Shown: in pieces, positions 1-8,350 of the stretch
Layout of the letters: each line of letters begins with the position of its first letter
Position numbering within the stretch: position 1 is the stretch's first letter
Assembly (NCBI GenBank): GCA_963708135.1
Contig: OY970192.1
Location: 544,001-608,000 of the forward strand
Direction: 5' to 3'
Source of the DNA: an uncultured Gemmatimonadales bacterium
GTDB taxonomy: Bacteria; Gemmatimonadota; Gemmatimonadetes; Longimicrobiales; RSA9
Length of the DNA: 64,000 bases
Translations under genes and position numbers: made by a program
Notes under the pieces: generated by a model
Told to the model about the DNA's origin: nothing
The model's input: the letters and a program-made list of their open reading frames with translations, nothing else
Database searches by the model: none

Positions 1-1
1 G

Positions 2-331
2 ATCGTGGTGGATCCGCGCGAGAAGGGGGTCGAGCCGTTCGCGCTCGTGAACCCGGTCGTCCTGGACGCGAGCGAGGCGGTGGAGCGGGGCGAGGAGGGC
101 TGTCTCAGCATCCCGGGACTGAAGGAGATCGTGGAGCGGCCCGCGGAGGTGGTGGTGGAAGCGCTCGGCCCCGACGGCGAGCAGCTCCGGATCGAGGCCA
201 CCGGCCTGCTCGCGCGCGTGCTGCAGCACGAGGTCGATCACCTGGATGGCATTCTCTTCCTCGACCGGGTGAGCCCGCTCAAGCGCAAGATGCTGCTCAA
301 GCGGTGGCAGAAGGTGAAGCCGGAGGGCTGA
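2..331 (+). CDS. def: Peptide deformylase (5'-truncated by window edge)
   Basis: EGCLSIPG and QHEVDHLDG motifs; directly upstream of fmt. Confidence 0.95.
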   Translation: MVVDPREKGVEPFALVNPVVLDASEAVERGEEGCLSIPGLKEIVERPAEVVVEALGPDGEQLRIEATGLLARVLQHEVDHLDGILFLDRVSPLKRKMLLKRWQKVKPEG

Positions 332-332
332 C

Positions 333-1277
333 GTGCGCATCGTGTTCTGGGGCACCCCGGAGTTCGCGCTCCCGTCGCTGCGGGCGCTGCTCGGCGAGGG
401 CCACGACGTGGTCAGCGTCGTGACGCAGCCGGACCGCCGCGCGGGCCGCGGCCGCGCCGTCGCCTCGCCGCCGGTGAAGGTGCTCGCCGAGCAGGAGTTC
501 ATCCCCGTGCTCCAGCCGGAGAAGCCGAAAGGCGACGATTTCCTCCTCCAGCTCGGCGCGCTCGAGCCGGACCTCTCCGTGGTGGTGGCGTACGGCCAGA
601 TCCTGGTGCCGGAGGTGCTCGCGCTGCCGCGGCTCGGCTCCCTCAACGTGCACGCCTCGCTGCTTCCCGCGCTACGCGGCGCCGCGCCGATCCAGCGGGC
701 CATCATGCGCGGCCACGCGGAGACGGGCGTGACCATCATGCGCATGGTCGAGGCGCTGGACGCGGGGCCGGTCCTGCGCCAGGTTCGCGAGCCGATCGGA
801 CCGGAGGAGACGGCGCGCGACCTGGGCGCGCGGCTGAGCGAGCTGGGCGCCGAGGCGCTGGTCGAGACGCTCGCGCTCATGGAGATGGACGAGATCGAGG
901 AGACGCCGCAGGACGATGCGGCCGCCACCTACGCGCCCCGCCTCAGCCGCGATGACGCGCACGTGGACTGGAGCCGGGATGCGGAGAGCGTCGGTTGCCA
1001 GGTGCGCGGGCTCGACGCCGTGCCGGGCGCGTGGGCGAGCGTGAACGGGCAGGAGGTCAAGCTGTACCGGCCGCTCCCCGAACCCGACCGGCGGCACGAG
1101 GCCGAGCCCGGCACGGTCCTCGAGGTGCACGGCACCGACCCCACCACCGCGATCCTCGTGGCGTGCGGCCGCGGCGCGGTCTGCATCCGCGAGGTCAAGC
1201 CGGCCGGGAAGCGGCGCATGACCGCCGCCGAGTGGGTGCGTGGTCGGGGCGTGGAGAAGGGCGACCGCTTCGAATGA
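333..1277 (+). CDS. fmt: Methionyl-tRNA formyltransferase
   Basis: RIVFWGTPEFA, VVTQPDR, NVHASLLP..RGAAPIQ, LDAGP motifs. Confidence 0.97.
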   Translation: MRIVFWGTPEFALPSLRALLGEGHDVVSVVTQPDRRAGRGRAVASPPVKVLAEQEFIPVLQPEKPKGDDFLLQLGALEPDLSVVVAYGQILVPEVLALPRLGSLNVHASLLPALRGAAPIQRAIMRGHAETGVTIMRMVEALDAGPVLRQVREPIGPEETARDLGARLSELGAEALVETLALMEMDEIEETPQDDAAATYAPRLSRDDAHVDWSRDAESVGCQVRGLDAVPGAWASVNGQEVKLYRPLPEPDRRHEAEPGTVLEVHGTDPTTAILVACGRGAVCIREVKPAGKRRMTAAEWVRGRGVEKGDRFE

Positions 1278-1927
1278 CGGCGACCGCACGGCCGGCGGTG
1301 ATCCTGCCGCGACTGCACCTGGTCACCGATGACGAGGTGCTCTCGGCGGCTTCCTTCGCGCAGCGGGCGGAGCGGGCGCTCGAGGCGGGCGGGGCCGGTG
1401 TAGCACTGCATCTGCGCGGGCACGCGCAGGCGGGCGGGTGCCTCTTCGCGCTGGCGGAGCGTCTGGCGCCCGCGGCACGGGCGGCGGGCGCGCTGCTCCT
1501 GGCGAACGACCGGGTGGACGTGGCGCTCTGCGCCGCCCTGGACGGGGTCGAGCTCGGCCGGCGCTCGATCCCCGTGGCGGATGCGCGCGCGCTGGTCGGG
1601 CCGGAGCGGCGTATCGGATACTCCGCCCACGCGCTGCCGGAGGCGCTGGAGGCCGTGGGCGAGGGGGCGGACTTCCTGGTGATGGGGACGGTGTACGCCA
1701 CGCCGTCGCATACCGGGCTCGAGCCGGCCGGGCCGGAGCTGGTGGCCGAGGCCGCCCGCCTCGCCCCGGTGCCAGTCCTCGGCATCGGCGGCGTGACGCC
1801 GGAGCGCGCGGCGGCGCTGGCCCGGCGGGGCGCGCACGGCGTGGCGGTGGTGCGGGGCGTATGGGGGGCGGAGGATCCGGCCGCCGCGGTCCGCGAATAC
1901 CTGGACGCACTCGGGAGCGAGGCATGA
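1274..1927 (+). CDS. thiE: Thiamine-phosphate synthase / TenI family protein
   Basis: LHLVTD, NDRVDVA, GYSAH, VLGIGGV motifs; ATG overlaps fmt stop (ATGA); next to thiS and thiG. Somewhat divergent (ATPSH instead of the usual TxxK). Confidence 0.8.
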   Translation: MTATARPAVILPRLHLVTDDEVLSAASFAQRAERALEAGGAGVALHLRGHAQAGGCLFALAERLAPAARAAGALLLANDRVDVALCAALDGVELGRRSIPVADARALVGPERRIGYSAHALPEALEAVGEGADFLVMGTVYATPSHTGLEPAGPELVAEAARLAPVPVLGIGGVTPERAAALARRGAHGVAVVRGVWGAEDPAAAVREYLDALGSEA

Positions 1928-2133
1928 CGGACATCACGGTGACGATCAACGGGACGGAGCGGCGGGTCGCGCCGGGGCTCCGGCTGCCCGCGCTGCTGGA
2001 CACGCTGGGACTGGACGCGCGGCTGGTGGTGGTCGAGCACAACCGCGAGATCCTGGAGCGCGGGCGGCTGGGCGAGGTGGAGGTCCGGCAGGGCGATGTG
2101 CTGGAGCTGGTCCACTTCGTGGGCGGCGGCTGA
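1924..2133 (+). CDS. thiS: Sulfur carrier protein ThiS
   Basis: 69 aa, VVVEHNREI, C-terminal ELVHFVGGG; ATGA overlap with thiE. Confidence 0.95.
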   Translation: MTDITVTINGTERRVAPGLRLPALLDTLGLDARLVVVEHNREILERGRLGEVEVRQGDVLELVHFVGGG

Positions 2134-2231
2134 GAGGTCCACGAGGGGCAATGTTGCGCGTGGGACGGGGCGGGGGTGGGGAAGGGATCGAGGGCGAAGG
2201 CGAAGGCGAAAGCGTGAACTCGGGGGAGAGC

Positions 2232-3029
2232 ATGGCGACGGTAGTGGAGCATAGGAGCGAGGGGCCGCTGGTGATCGCTGGGCGGGAGCTGCGCTCGCGA
2301 CTGATCGTGGGGACGGGCAAGTATCGGACGAACGAGGAGATGGTGCGGGCGATCGAGGCGTCGGGCGCGGAGATCGTGACGGTGGCGGTGCGGCGGGTGG
2401 ACCTGGACCGGACGAAGGAGGAGGGGATCCTGTTCCACCTGGATCCGGAGAAGCTGTTCCTCCTGCCGAACACGGCGGGCTGCACGACGGCGGAGGACGC
2501 GGTGCGCTACGCCCGGCTGGGGCGGGCGGCGGGCTTCTCGGATTGGGTGAAGCTGGAAGTGATCGGCGACCAGGCGACGCTCATGCCGGACGTGGTGGCC
2601 ACGCTGGAGGCGGCCAGGACGCTGGTGGCGGACGGCTTCCACGTGCTCGCCTACACGAACGAGGACATCGTGACGGCGCAGCGGCTGGAGGATGCGGGCT
2701 GCGCGGCGGTGATGCCGCTGGCCAGCCCGATCGGCAGCGGGCTCGGGCTGGTGAGCCCGTACTACGTGCGCGAGATCAAGGCGCGCCTGTCGGTGCCGGT
2801 GATCGTGGATGCGGGCGTGGGCACGGCATCCGACGCGTGCGTCACGATGGAGCAGGGCGTGGACGGGATCCTCATGAACACGGCGATCGCCGCGGCGCGC
2901 GAGCCGGCGCGGATGGCCGCGGCCATGCGCATGGCGGTGGAGGCGGGCAGGCAGGCGTATCTCGCGGGCCGGATGCCGCGCCGGGAGGTGGCGGTGCCGT
3001 CGTCGCCGGAGCAAGGCATGCTGGCGTGA
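2232..3029 (+). CDS. thiG: Thiazole synthase
   Basis: SRLIVGTGKY, LPNTAGC, WVKLEV, MPLASPIGSG, VDAGVG; ATG at 2232 after GGGGAG. Confidence 0.97.
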   Translation: MATVVEHRSEGPLVIAGRELRSRLIVGTGKYRTNEEMVRAIEASGAEIVTVAVRRVDLDRTKEEGILFHLDPEKLFLLPNTAGCTTAEDAVRYARLGRAAGFSDWVKLEVIGDQATLMPDVVATLEAARTLVADGFHVLAYTNEDIVTAQRLEDAGCAAVMPLASPIGSGLGLVSPYYVREIKARLSVPVIVDAGVGTASDACVTMEQGVDGILMNTAIAAAREPARMAAAMRMAVEAGRQAYLAGRMPRREVAVPSSPEQGMLA

Positions 3030-4336
3030 GCGCGACCCCCGCCCGCCGCGCCGCGCTGGTCGCGCTGCGCGCGCTGCGGCGGGGGGAGCTGCTGGACCGC
3101 GCGTTGGGGCGGGTCATGGCGCAGGTGCCGGCGGCGGAGCGGCCCTGGCTGCAGGAGCTGGTGTACGGCACCGTTCGACTGCGCGGGCGGCTGGACCATC
3201 TGCTCGACGCGCTGTTGCGGCGCGGCGTGGATTCCGTCCGGCCGGACGTGCTGGACGCGCTGCGGCTCGGGGCGTACCAGCTGCTCGAGATGGGGAGCGT
3301 GCCGGCGTACGCCGCCGTCTCGCAGGCCGTCGAGATGGCCAGGGACGAGGCGGGGAACGGAGCCGGCGGCCTGGTGAACGGGGTGCTGCAGTCGCTCCGT
3401 CGGGAGGGGCCGGGGATCGCGTTCCCCGACTTCGAGCGGGACCCGGTGGGTTACCTCTCGACCTGGGGCTCGCACCCGCGCTGGCTGGTGGAGCGGTGGG
3501 TCGCGCGCTTCGGTGCCGCGGACGCCCGGGCGCTGGTGGAAGCGGACAACCGGCGCCCGGAGCTGTACCTGCGGCCGGTGGGCGTGGATGCGGCCGGCGC
3601 CGCCGCCCGGCTGGCCGCCGCCGGCATCGATGCGGCGCCGGTGCCCGGCGCGCCCGATGCGGTGCGGCTGGCGGCGTCCGCGCCCGTGCTGGATGCGCTG
3701 GCTGCGGTACCGTCGATCGTGCAGGATCCGGCCGCGGGGCTGGTGGTGCGGTACGCGGCGCTGCCGGCCGGGGCCCGGGTCATCGACCTGTGCGCCGCGC
3801 CCGGCGGGAAGGCGGTGGCCCTGGCGGAGCGGGCGGCGCTCGTGGCCGCGGCGGACATCTCGGAGTGGCGTCAGGGCCGGCTGCGGGAGACGCTCGTCCG
3901 GCTGGCGGATGTCCGGCTGCCGGTGCGCCTGGTGGTGGCGGACGCGCGGCGGCCACCGTTCCGGGAGGTGGACGCGGTGCTGGTGGACGCGCCGTGCACC
4001 GGGACGGGGACGCTCCGCCGGCACCCGGACGGGCGGTGGCGGCTCGGCCCCGCGGACCTCGGGGCGCTGGTGGCGCTGCAGCAGGAGATCCTCGCCGCCG
4101 CGGCCGCGCTGGTGCGGCCGGGTGGTGTGCTGGTGTACTCGACGTGCTCGCTGGAAGCGGAGGAGAACGAGCAGCAGATGGAGTGGTTTCTGGCCGGGCA
4201 TCCCGGCTTCTCGCCCGCGCCGCCTGCCGGCGCCGTGGACGCCGCGCTGCTGGACGGTGGGGGGCGGCTCTCGGTCCTGCCCCAGCGCAGCGGCTACGAC
4301 GGCGCGTTCGCGGCGCGTCTCGTGAGGGTGGCGTAG
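3026..4336 (+). CDS. rsmB: 16S rRNA m5C967 methyltransferase RsmB/Sun
   Basis: NusB-like N-terminus (ELVYGTVR, LRLGAYQL), SHPRWLV, DLCAAPGGK, DAPCTGTG, YSTCS; GTG overlaps thiG stop. Confidence 0.93.
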   Translation: MSATPARRAALVALRALRRGELLDRALGRVMAQVPAAERPWLQELVYGTVRLRGRLDHLLDALLRRGVDSVRPDVLDALRLGAYQLLEMGSVPAYAAVSQAVEMARDEAGNGAGGLVNGVLQSLRREGPGIAFPDFERDPVGYLSTWGSHPRWLVERWVARFGAADARALVEADNRRPELYLRPVGVDAAGAAARLAAAGIDAAPVPGAPDAVRLAASAPVLDALAAVPSIVQDPAAGLVVRYAALPAGARVIDLCAAPGGKAVALAERAALVAAADISEWRQGRLRETLVRLADVRLPVRLVVADARRPPFREVDAVLVDAPCTGTGTLRRHPDGRWRLGPADLGALVALQQEILAAAAALVRPGGVLVYSTCSLEAEENEQQMEWFLAGHPGFSPAPPAGAVDAALLDGGGRLSVLPQRSGYDGAFAARLVRVA

Positions 4337-5053
4337 ATGGCGCTCGGCGACTCGATCCGACGCATGCACCGCCCGCGCCGGGGTGCGCGAGCGCGGGGCA
4401 AGGAGGCGGCCGAGCGTCGTCCGCGGGCTCGCGGCCACGCGGGCCTGCCGTGGCTGCGCTGGATCGGGGTCGGCCTGCTGCTCGGGGCGCTGCTGCTCGG
4501 CGGGGGCTATCTCTTCGCGGAGCTCGTGATCTTCCCGCCCCGGCCGGAGACGAACGTCGTGACGGCCACGGTGCCGGACCTGCGGGGGAAGGACGAGGCT
4601 GCCGCGCGGCGGGCACTCCGCGCCGTCGGCCTGGTGCTCGGGCGCGTGGAGGCGCAGTCGGACCCGAACGAGCAGCCGGGCCGGATCGTGGCGCAGGCGC
4701 CGCTTCCGGGCCAGCGGCTGAAGCCGCGCGAGACGGTGGACGTGGCGCTCAGCACCGGTCCGGCCCGCGTCATGCTCCCGGACGTGACCGGGTTCCCCGT
4801 GGCACGCGCAACGACGATGCTCACGAGCCTGGGCTTCACGGTGCAGCAGCGGACGGTGCAGAACAACACGGCGGCGGGACGGGTGGTCGGCATGACGCCC
4901 GACCCGACCACATCCTACACGTTGCCGCGTCCCGTCGTGCTGGACGTGAGCTCCGGGCCGCCGCCCCCGCCGGCGGACACGCTGGCGCCGCCGGACAGCG
5001 CGGCAGCGCCCGACACGGCGCCCAGGCTGCCGCCGGTGATCCGTGGCCACTGA
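4337..5053 (+). CDS. Membrane-anchored PASTA-domain protein (two PASTA repeats)
   Basis: Single TM helix then VPDLRG..A...L and LPDVTG..A...L repeats. Confidence 0.8.
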   Translation: MALGDSIRRMHRPRRGARARGKEAAERRPRARGHAGLPWLRWIGVGLLLGALLLGGGYLFAELVIFPPRPETNVVTATVPDLRGKDEAAARRALRAVGLVLGRVEAQSDPNEQPGRIVAQAPLPGQRLKPRETVDVALSTGPARVMLPDVTGFPVARATTMLTSLGFTVQQRTVQNNTAAGRVVGMTPDPTTSYTLPRPVVLDVSSGPPPPPADTLAPPDSAAAPDTAPRLPPVIRGH

Positions 5054-5065
5054 GCGGAGCCCGCG

Positions 5066-5620
5066 ATGACGCGGCAGACGCGCGACTGGCTGGTGCGCGG
5101 CACCGTCGTGGCCGCTCTGGCGGTGGTCGTCGTGCTCGGCTGGAGGAGCCAGCGTGGCGGGCCGATCGTGGCGGGGAGCCGGGCGCCGGAGTTCCGGGCG
5201 GAGAGCCTGGCGGGGGACACCATCTCGCTGGCGTCGCTGCGGGGGCACGTGGTGCTGCTGAACGCGTGGGCTACGTGGTGCGCGCCGTGCCGGGAGGAGA
5301 TGCCGGCGCTCGAGAAGCTGTACCGCGAGCTGGGCCCGAAGGGGCTGCGGGTCGTGGCGGTGAGCGAGGACGCGGCGCCGGCGGGCGTGGAGGCGGCGGC
5401 GTCGCGGCGCGACGTCGCCTCGTTCGCGCGCGAGCTCGGCCTCACGTTCCCGGTGCTGCTCGACCCGTCCGGGCGGCTGCAGGAGGGTTGGGGGATCATC
5501 GGCCTGCCCACGACGTATCTGATCGGGCGCGACGGTCGGGTGGTGCGTCGGCTGCTGGGTCCGAAGCAGTGGGACGCGCCGCCCTACTCGACCGAGCTGC
5601 GGTCTCTGCTGGAGGGATGA
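5066..5620 (+). CDS. TlpA/ResA-family thiol-disulfide oxidoreductase
   Basis: N-terminal TM, LNAWATWCAPCREEMP, GLPTTYLI. Confidence 0.92.
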   Translation: MTRQTRDWLVRGTVVAALAVVVVLGWRSQRGGPIVAGSRAPEFRAESLAGDTISLASLRGHVVLLNAWATWCAPCREEMPALEKLYRELGPKGLRVVAVSEDAAPAGVEAAASRRDVASFARELGLTFPVLLDPSGRLQEGWGIIGLPTTYLIGRDGRVVRRLLGPKQWDAPPYSTELRSLLEG

Positions 5621-5621
5621 G

Positions 5622-6350
5622 GTGCGCTGGCTCCTGGACCGGCTGACCCACAACTGGACGCTGAAGCTGGCGGCGCTCGGGCTCGCGATCCTGCTCTGGA
5701 GCCTGGTGAAGTCGGAGGAGCTGACGCGCGTGACGGTGCCCGACATCCCCGTGCAGGTGCTGCTGCGCGATCCCGGCTGGGACCCGGCCGAGCCGCCCAG
5801 CCCGCAGACGGTGAGCGTCGTCTTCACGGGGCCGGTCCGCGAGGTGGTGCGGCTGGCGGTCGAGCGCCCGCGCGTGGTCGTGCCGGTCGAGCAGGTCACG
5901 GACTCGGTGGAGGTGCTCGTGCTGCGCACCGCGTGGGTCCAGCTCTACGGCAGCTTCACGCGCACGCGCGCCGAGGACATCCGGCCGAGCACCGTCCGCC
6001 TCGTCTTCGACCCGGTCTCCACGCGGCTCGTGCCGCTCGCGCTCCCCACGCGCGGCGCGCTGCCCCCCGGCATCGCGCTCGAGGGCCCGGTCCGCATCGA
6101 GCCGCCGAGCGTCCGCGTGAGCGGCCCCAAGCGCCGGCTGGAGGGGATCGATTCGATCGAGCTGCCGCCGCTCGACCTCACGCACGTCACCGGCCCCACC
6201 ACGCTGCGTGTGGGCGTGGACACGGCCGGCCTCGGACTGCTCGTCTCGCCCACCACAGTCCGGATCTTCGTGCCCGCCGGCCAGCCGCCGGACTCCACGG
6301 CTGGCGCGCCCGACAGCGCCGCCGCCCGCCCCCGCACGCCGCCCCGTTGA
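5622..6350 (+). CDS. CdaR/YbbR-family protein
   Basis: NWTLKLAALGLAILLW N-terminal anchor; P.TVSV.FTGP and P.SVRVSGP YbbR-type repeats. Confidence 0.75.
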   Translation: MRWLLDRLTHNWTLKLAALGLAILLWSLVKSEELTRVTVPDIPVQVLLRDPGWDPAEPPSPQTVSVVFTGPVREVVRLAVERPRVVVPVEQVTDSVEVLVLRTAWVQLYGSFTRTRAEDIRPSTVRLVFDPVSTRLVPLALPTRGALPPGIALEGPVRIEPPSVRVSGPKRRLEGIDSIELPPLDLTHVTGPTTLRVGVDTAGLGLLVSPTTVRIFVPAGQPPDSTAGAPDSAAARPRTPPR

Positions 6351-6352
6351 GC

Positions 6353-7402
6353 ATGGCGGCGTCCGCCCCCCTGATCCTCGGCCTCGAGACTTCGTGCGAC
6401 GAGACGTCCGCCGCAGTGATCCGGGGGGAGGACGAGGTGCTCGGGCACACCATCCTCTCGCAGGACATCCACGAGATCTACGGCGGCGTCGTCCCCGAGC
6501 TGGCGTCGCGCGCGCACCTGCGCGCCGTGGACGACGTGGTGGACGGCGCGCTGCGCCAGGCCGGCGTGGGCCTCGACCGGATCGACGTGCTCGGCGTCAC
6601 CGCAGGCCCCGGCCTCATCGGCGCGCTCCTCGTCGGTCTCGCCTGGGGCAAGGCGGTGGCCTACGCGCTCGGGCGCCCGCTCGTCGCGGTGCACCACATG
6701 GAGGCCCATCTCTTCGCCGCCTCGCTCGAGACGCCGGAGGCGCACCCGCCGTTCGTGGCGCTGCTCGTCTCGGGCGGCCACACCATGCTCCTCTGGGTGC
6801 CGGCGTGGGGCCGCTACGAGCTCCTCGGCGAGACCCGCGACGACGCCGCCGGCGAGGCCTTCGACAAGGTGGCCAAGATCCTGGGGCTCGGCTACCCGGG
6901 CGGCCCCGTGATCCAGCGTGTGGCGCCGGAGGGCGACGCCGCGCGCTTCGACTTCCCGCGCCCGATGCTCGCGGGCAACCAGCGCGAGGGCGACCCCGAC
7001 TACTACGACTTCTCGTTCAGCGGGCTCAAGACGTCCGTGCTGACGCGGGTGCGCGCGCTGGCCGAGGCCGGCACGCTCGGCGAGGAGGTGCCCTCCGTGG
7101 CCGCGTCCTTCCAGGCCGCCGTGGTGGAGGTGCTCGTGGCCAAGACGATGCGCGCCGTGGCCGCGCGCGGCTGCGCGCGCGTGCTGATCGGCGGGGGGGT
7201 GGCCGCCAGCCGCGCGCTGCGGGAGGGGATGGCGGCGGCGCTTGGCGCGGGCGGCGTGCTCTTCCACCCCACGCCGCGGCTGGCTACCGACAACGGCGCG
7301 ATGATCGCCCGCGTGGCGGCGTTCCGCCACGGGCGCGGCGAGCGCGCTCCGCTGGACGTGACCGCGCGCGCGGACCTGCCGTTCCCGGGACTCACCCGGT
7401 GA
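6353..7402 (+). CDS. tsaD: tRNA t6A threonylcarbamoyltransferase TsaD
   Basis: LGLETSCDET, GGVVPELASRAH, HHMEAH, LLVSGGHT, DDAAGEAFDK, TDNGAMIA. Confidence 0.97.
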   Translation: MAASAPLILGLETSCDETSAAVIRGEDEVLGHTILSQDIHEIYGGVVPELASRAHLRAVDDVVDGALRQAGVGLDRIDVLGVTAGPGLIGALLVGLAWGKAVAYALGRPLVAVHHMEAHLFAASLETPEAHPPFVALLVSGGHTMLLWVPAWGRYELLGETRDDAAGEAFDKVAKILGLGYPGGPVIQRVAPEGDAARFDFPRPMLAGNQREGDPDYYDFSFSGLKTSVLTRVRALAEAGTLGEEVPSVAASFQAAVVEVLVAKTMRAVAARGCARVLIGGGVAASRALREGMAAALGAGGVLFHPTPRLATDNGAMIARVAAFRHGRGERAPLDVTARADLPFPGLTR

Positions 7403-7463
7403 GGCGGTCTCCGGCGCATTCCGTCCCCCGAGTGGCCTCGCCGCCGGCGCCGCGGAGCGCCGC

Positions 7464-8345
7464 ATGCTGACGCTGCTCCACCTCTCGGACGTGCACTTCG
7501 GCCCGCCCTACGTGCCGGAGGTCGGCGAGGCCGCGCTGGCCGCGGCGGAGGCGCTCGCGCCGGAGATCATCGTGGTGAGCGGCGATTTCACGCAGCGCGC
7601 GAAGCGCGAGCAGTTCCAGGAGGCGCGCGCGTTCCTGGACCGGCTGCCGGCCGTCCCGCTGGTCGTCACGCCGGGCAACCACGACGTGCCGCTGTACCGC
7701 GCGGCGGAGCGCCTCTTCTCTCCCTACGCGCTCTACCGCGAGTACATCTCGGATGCGCTGGACACCGCGCTGGTGCGCGACGACTGCGTGATCGTCGCGC
7801 TGAACAGCACGGCGCCGCTGCGGGCGCTGACGAACGGGCGCATCTCGCGCGGCCAGCTCGACTATGCGGCCGAGGTGCTCGGCGCGGCGCCGCCCGGCGT
7901 GCCGCGGATGGTGGTGGCGCACCACCATTTCGCCGCCGCGCCCGACTATGAGGGCGGCGAGGTGATGCCGAAGGCCAAGCGCGCGATCGACCGCTTCAAC
8001 GAGCTGCACGTGGACCTGATCATGGGCGGGCACCTGCACCGCGCCTACATCGGGAACTCTCTGGACCTGTATCCGGGTACGGAGCGCGAGCACGGAATCA
8101 TCATCGTGCAGTGCGGCACCACGACCTCCCGCCGCGGCAGGGCGCGCGAGCGCGAGAAGAACTCGTTCAACCTGATCCGCGTAGGAGAGGATGTGCTGCG
8201 GATCACCCATTACATGTACTTCGACGATGCCGGCGGCTTCGCTCCCGTGAGCCGGCACATCTTTCCGCGCGGCCGCGGCTACATGAGCGCCCCGCCGGAG
8301 TCGATCGAGGACCACGCCCCGGACCGGCCGCGGGCGCAGGAATAG
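7464..8345 (+). CDS. Calcineurin-like metallophosphoesterase
   Basis: DVHFG, SGDFTQ, PGNHD, AHHH, GHLH motifs. Confidence 0.9.
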   Translation: MLTLLHLSDVHFGPPYVPEVGEAALAAAEALAPEIIVVSGDFTQRAKREQFQEARAFLDRLPAVPLVVTPGNHDVPLYRAAERLFSPYALYREYISDALDTALVRDDCVIVALNSTAPLRALTNGRISRGQLDYAAEVLGAAPPGVPRMVVAHHHFAAAPDYEGGEVMPKAKRAIDRFNELHVDLIMGGHLHRAYIGNSLDLYPGTEREHGIIIVQCGTTTSRRGRAREREKNSFNLIRVGEDVLRITHYMYFDDAGGFAPVSRHIFPRGRGYMSAPPESIEDHAPDRPRAQE

Positions 8346-8350
8346 ACTCG

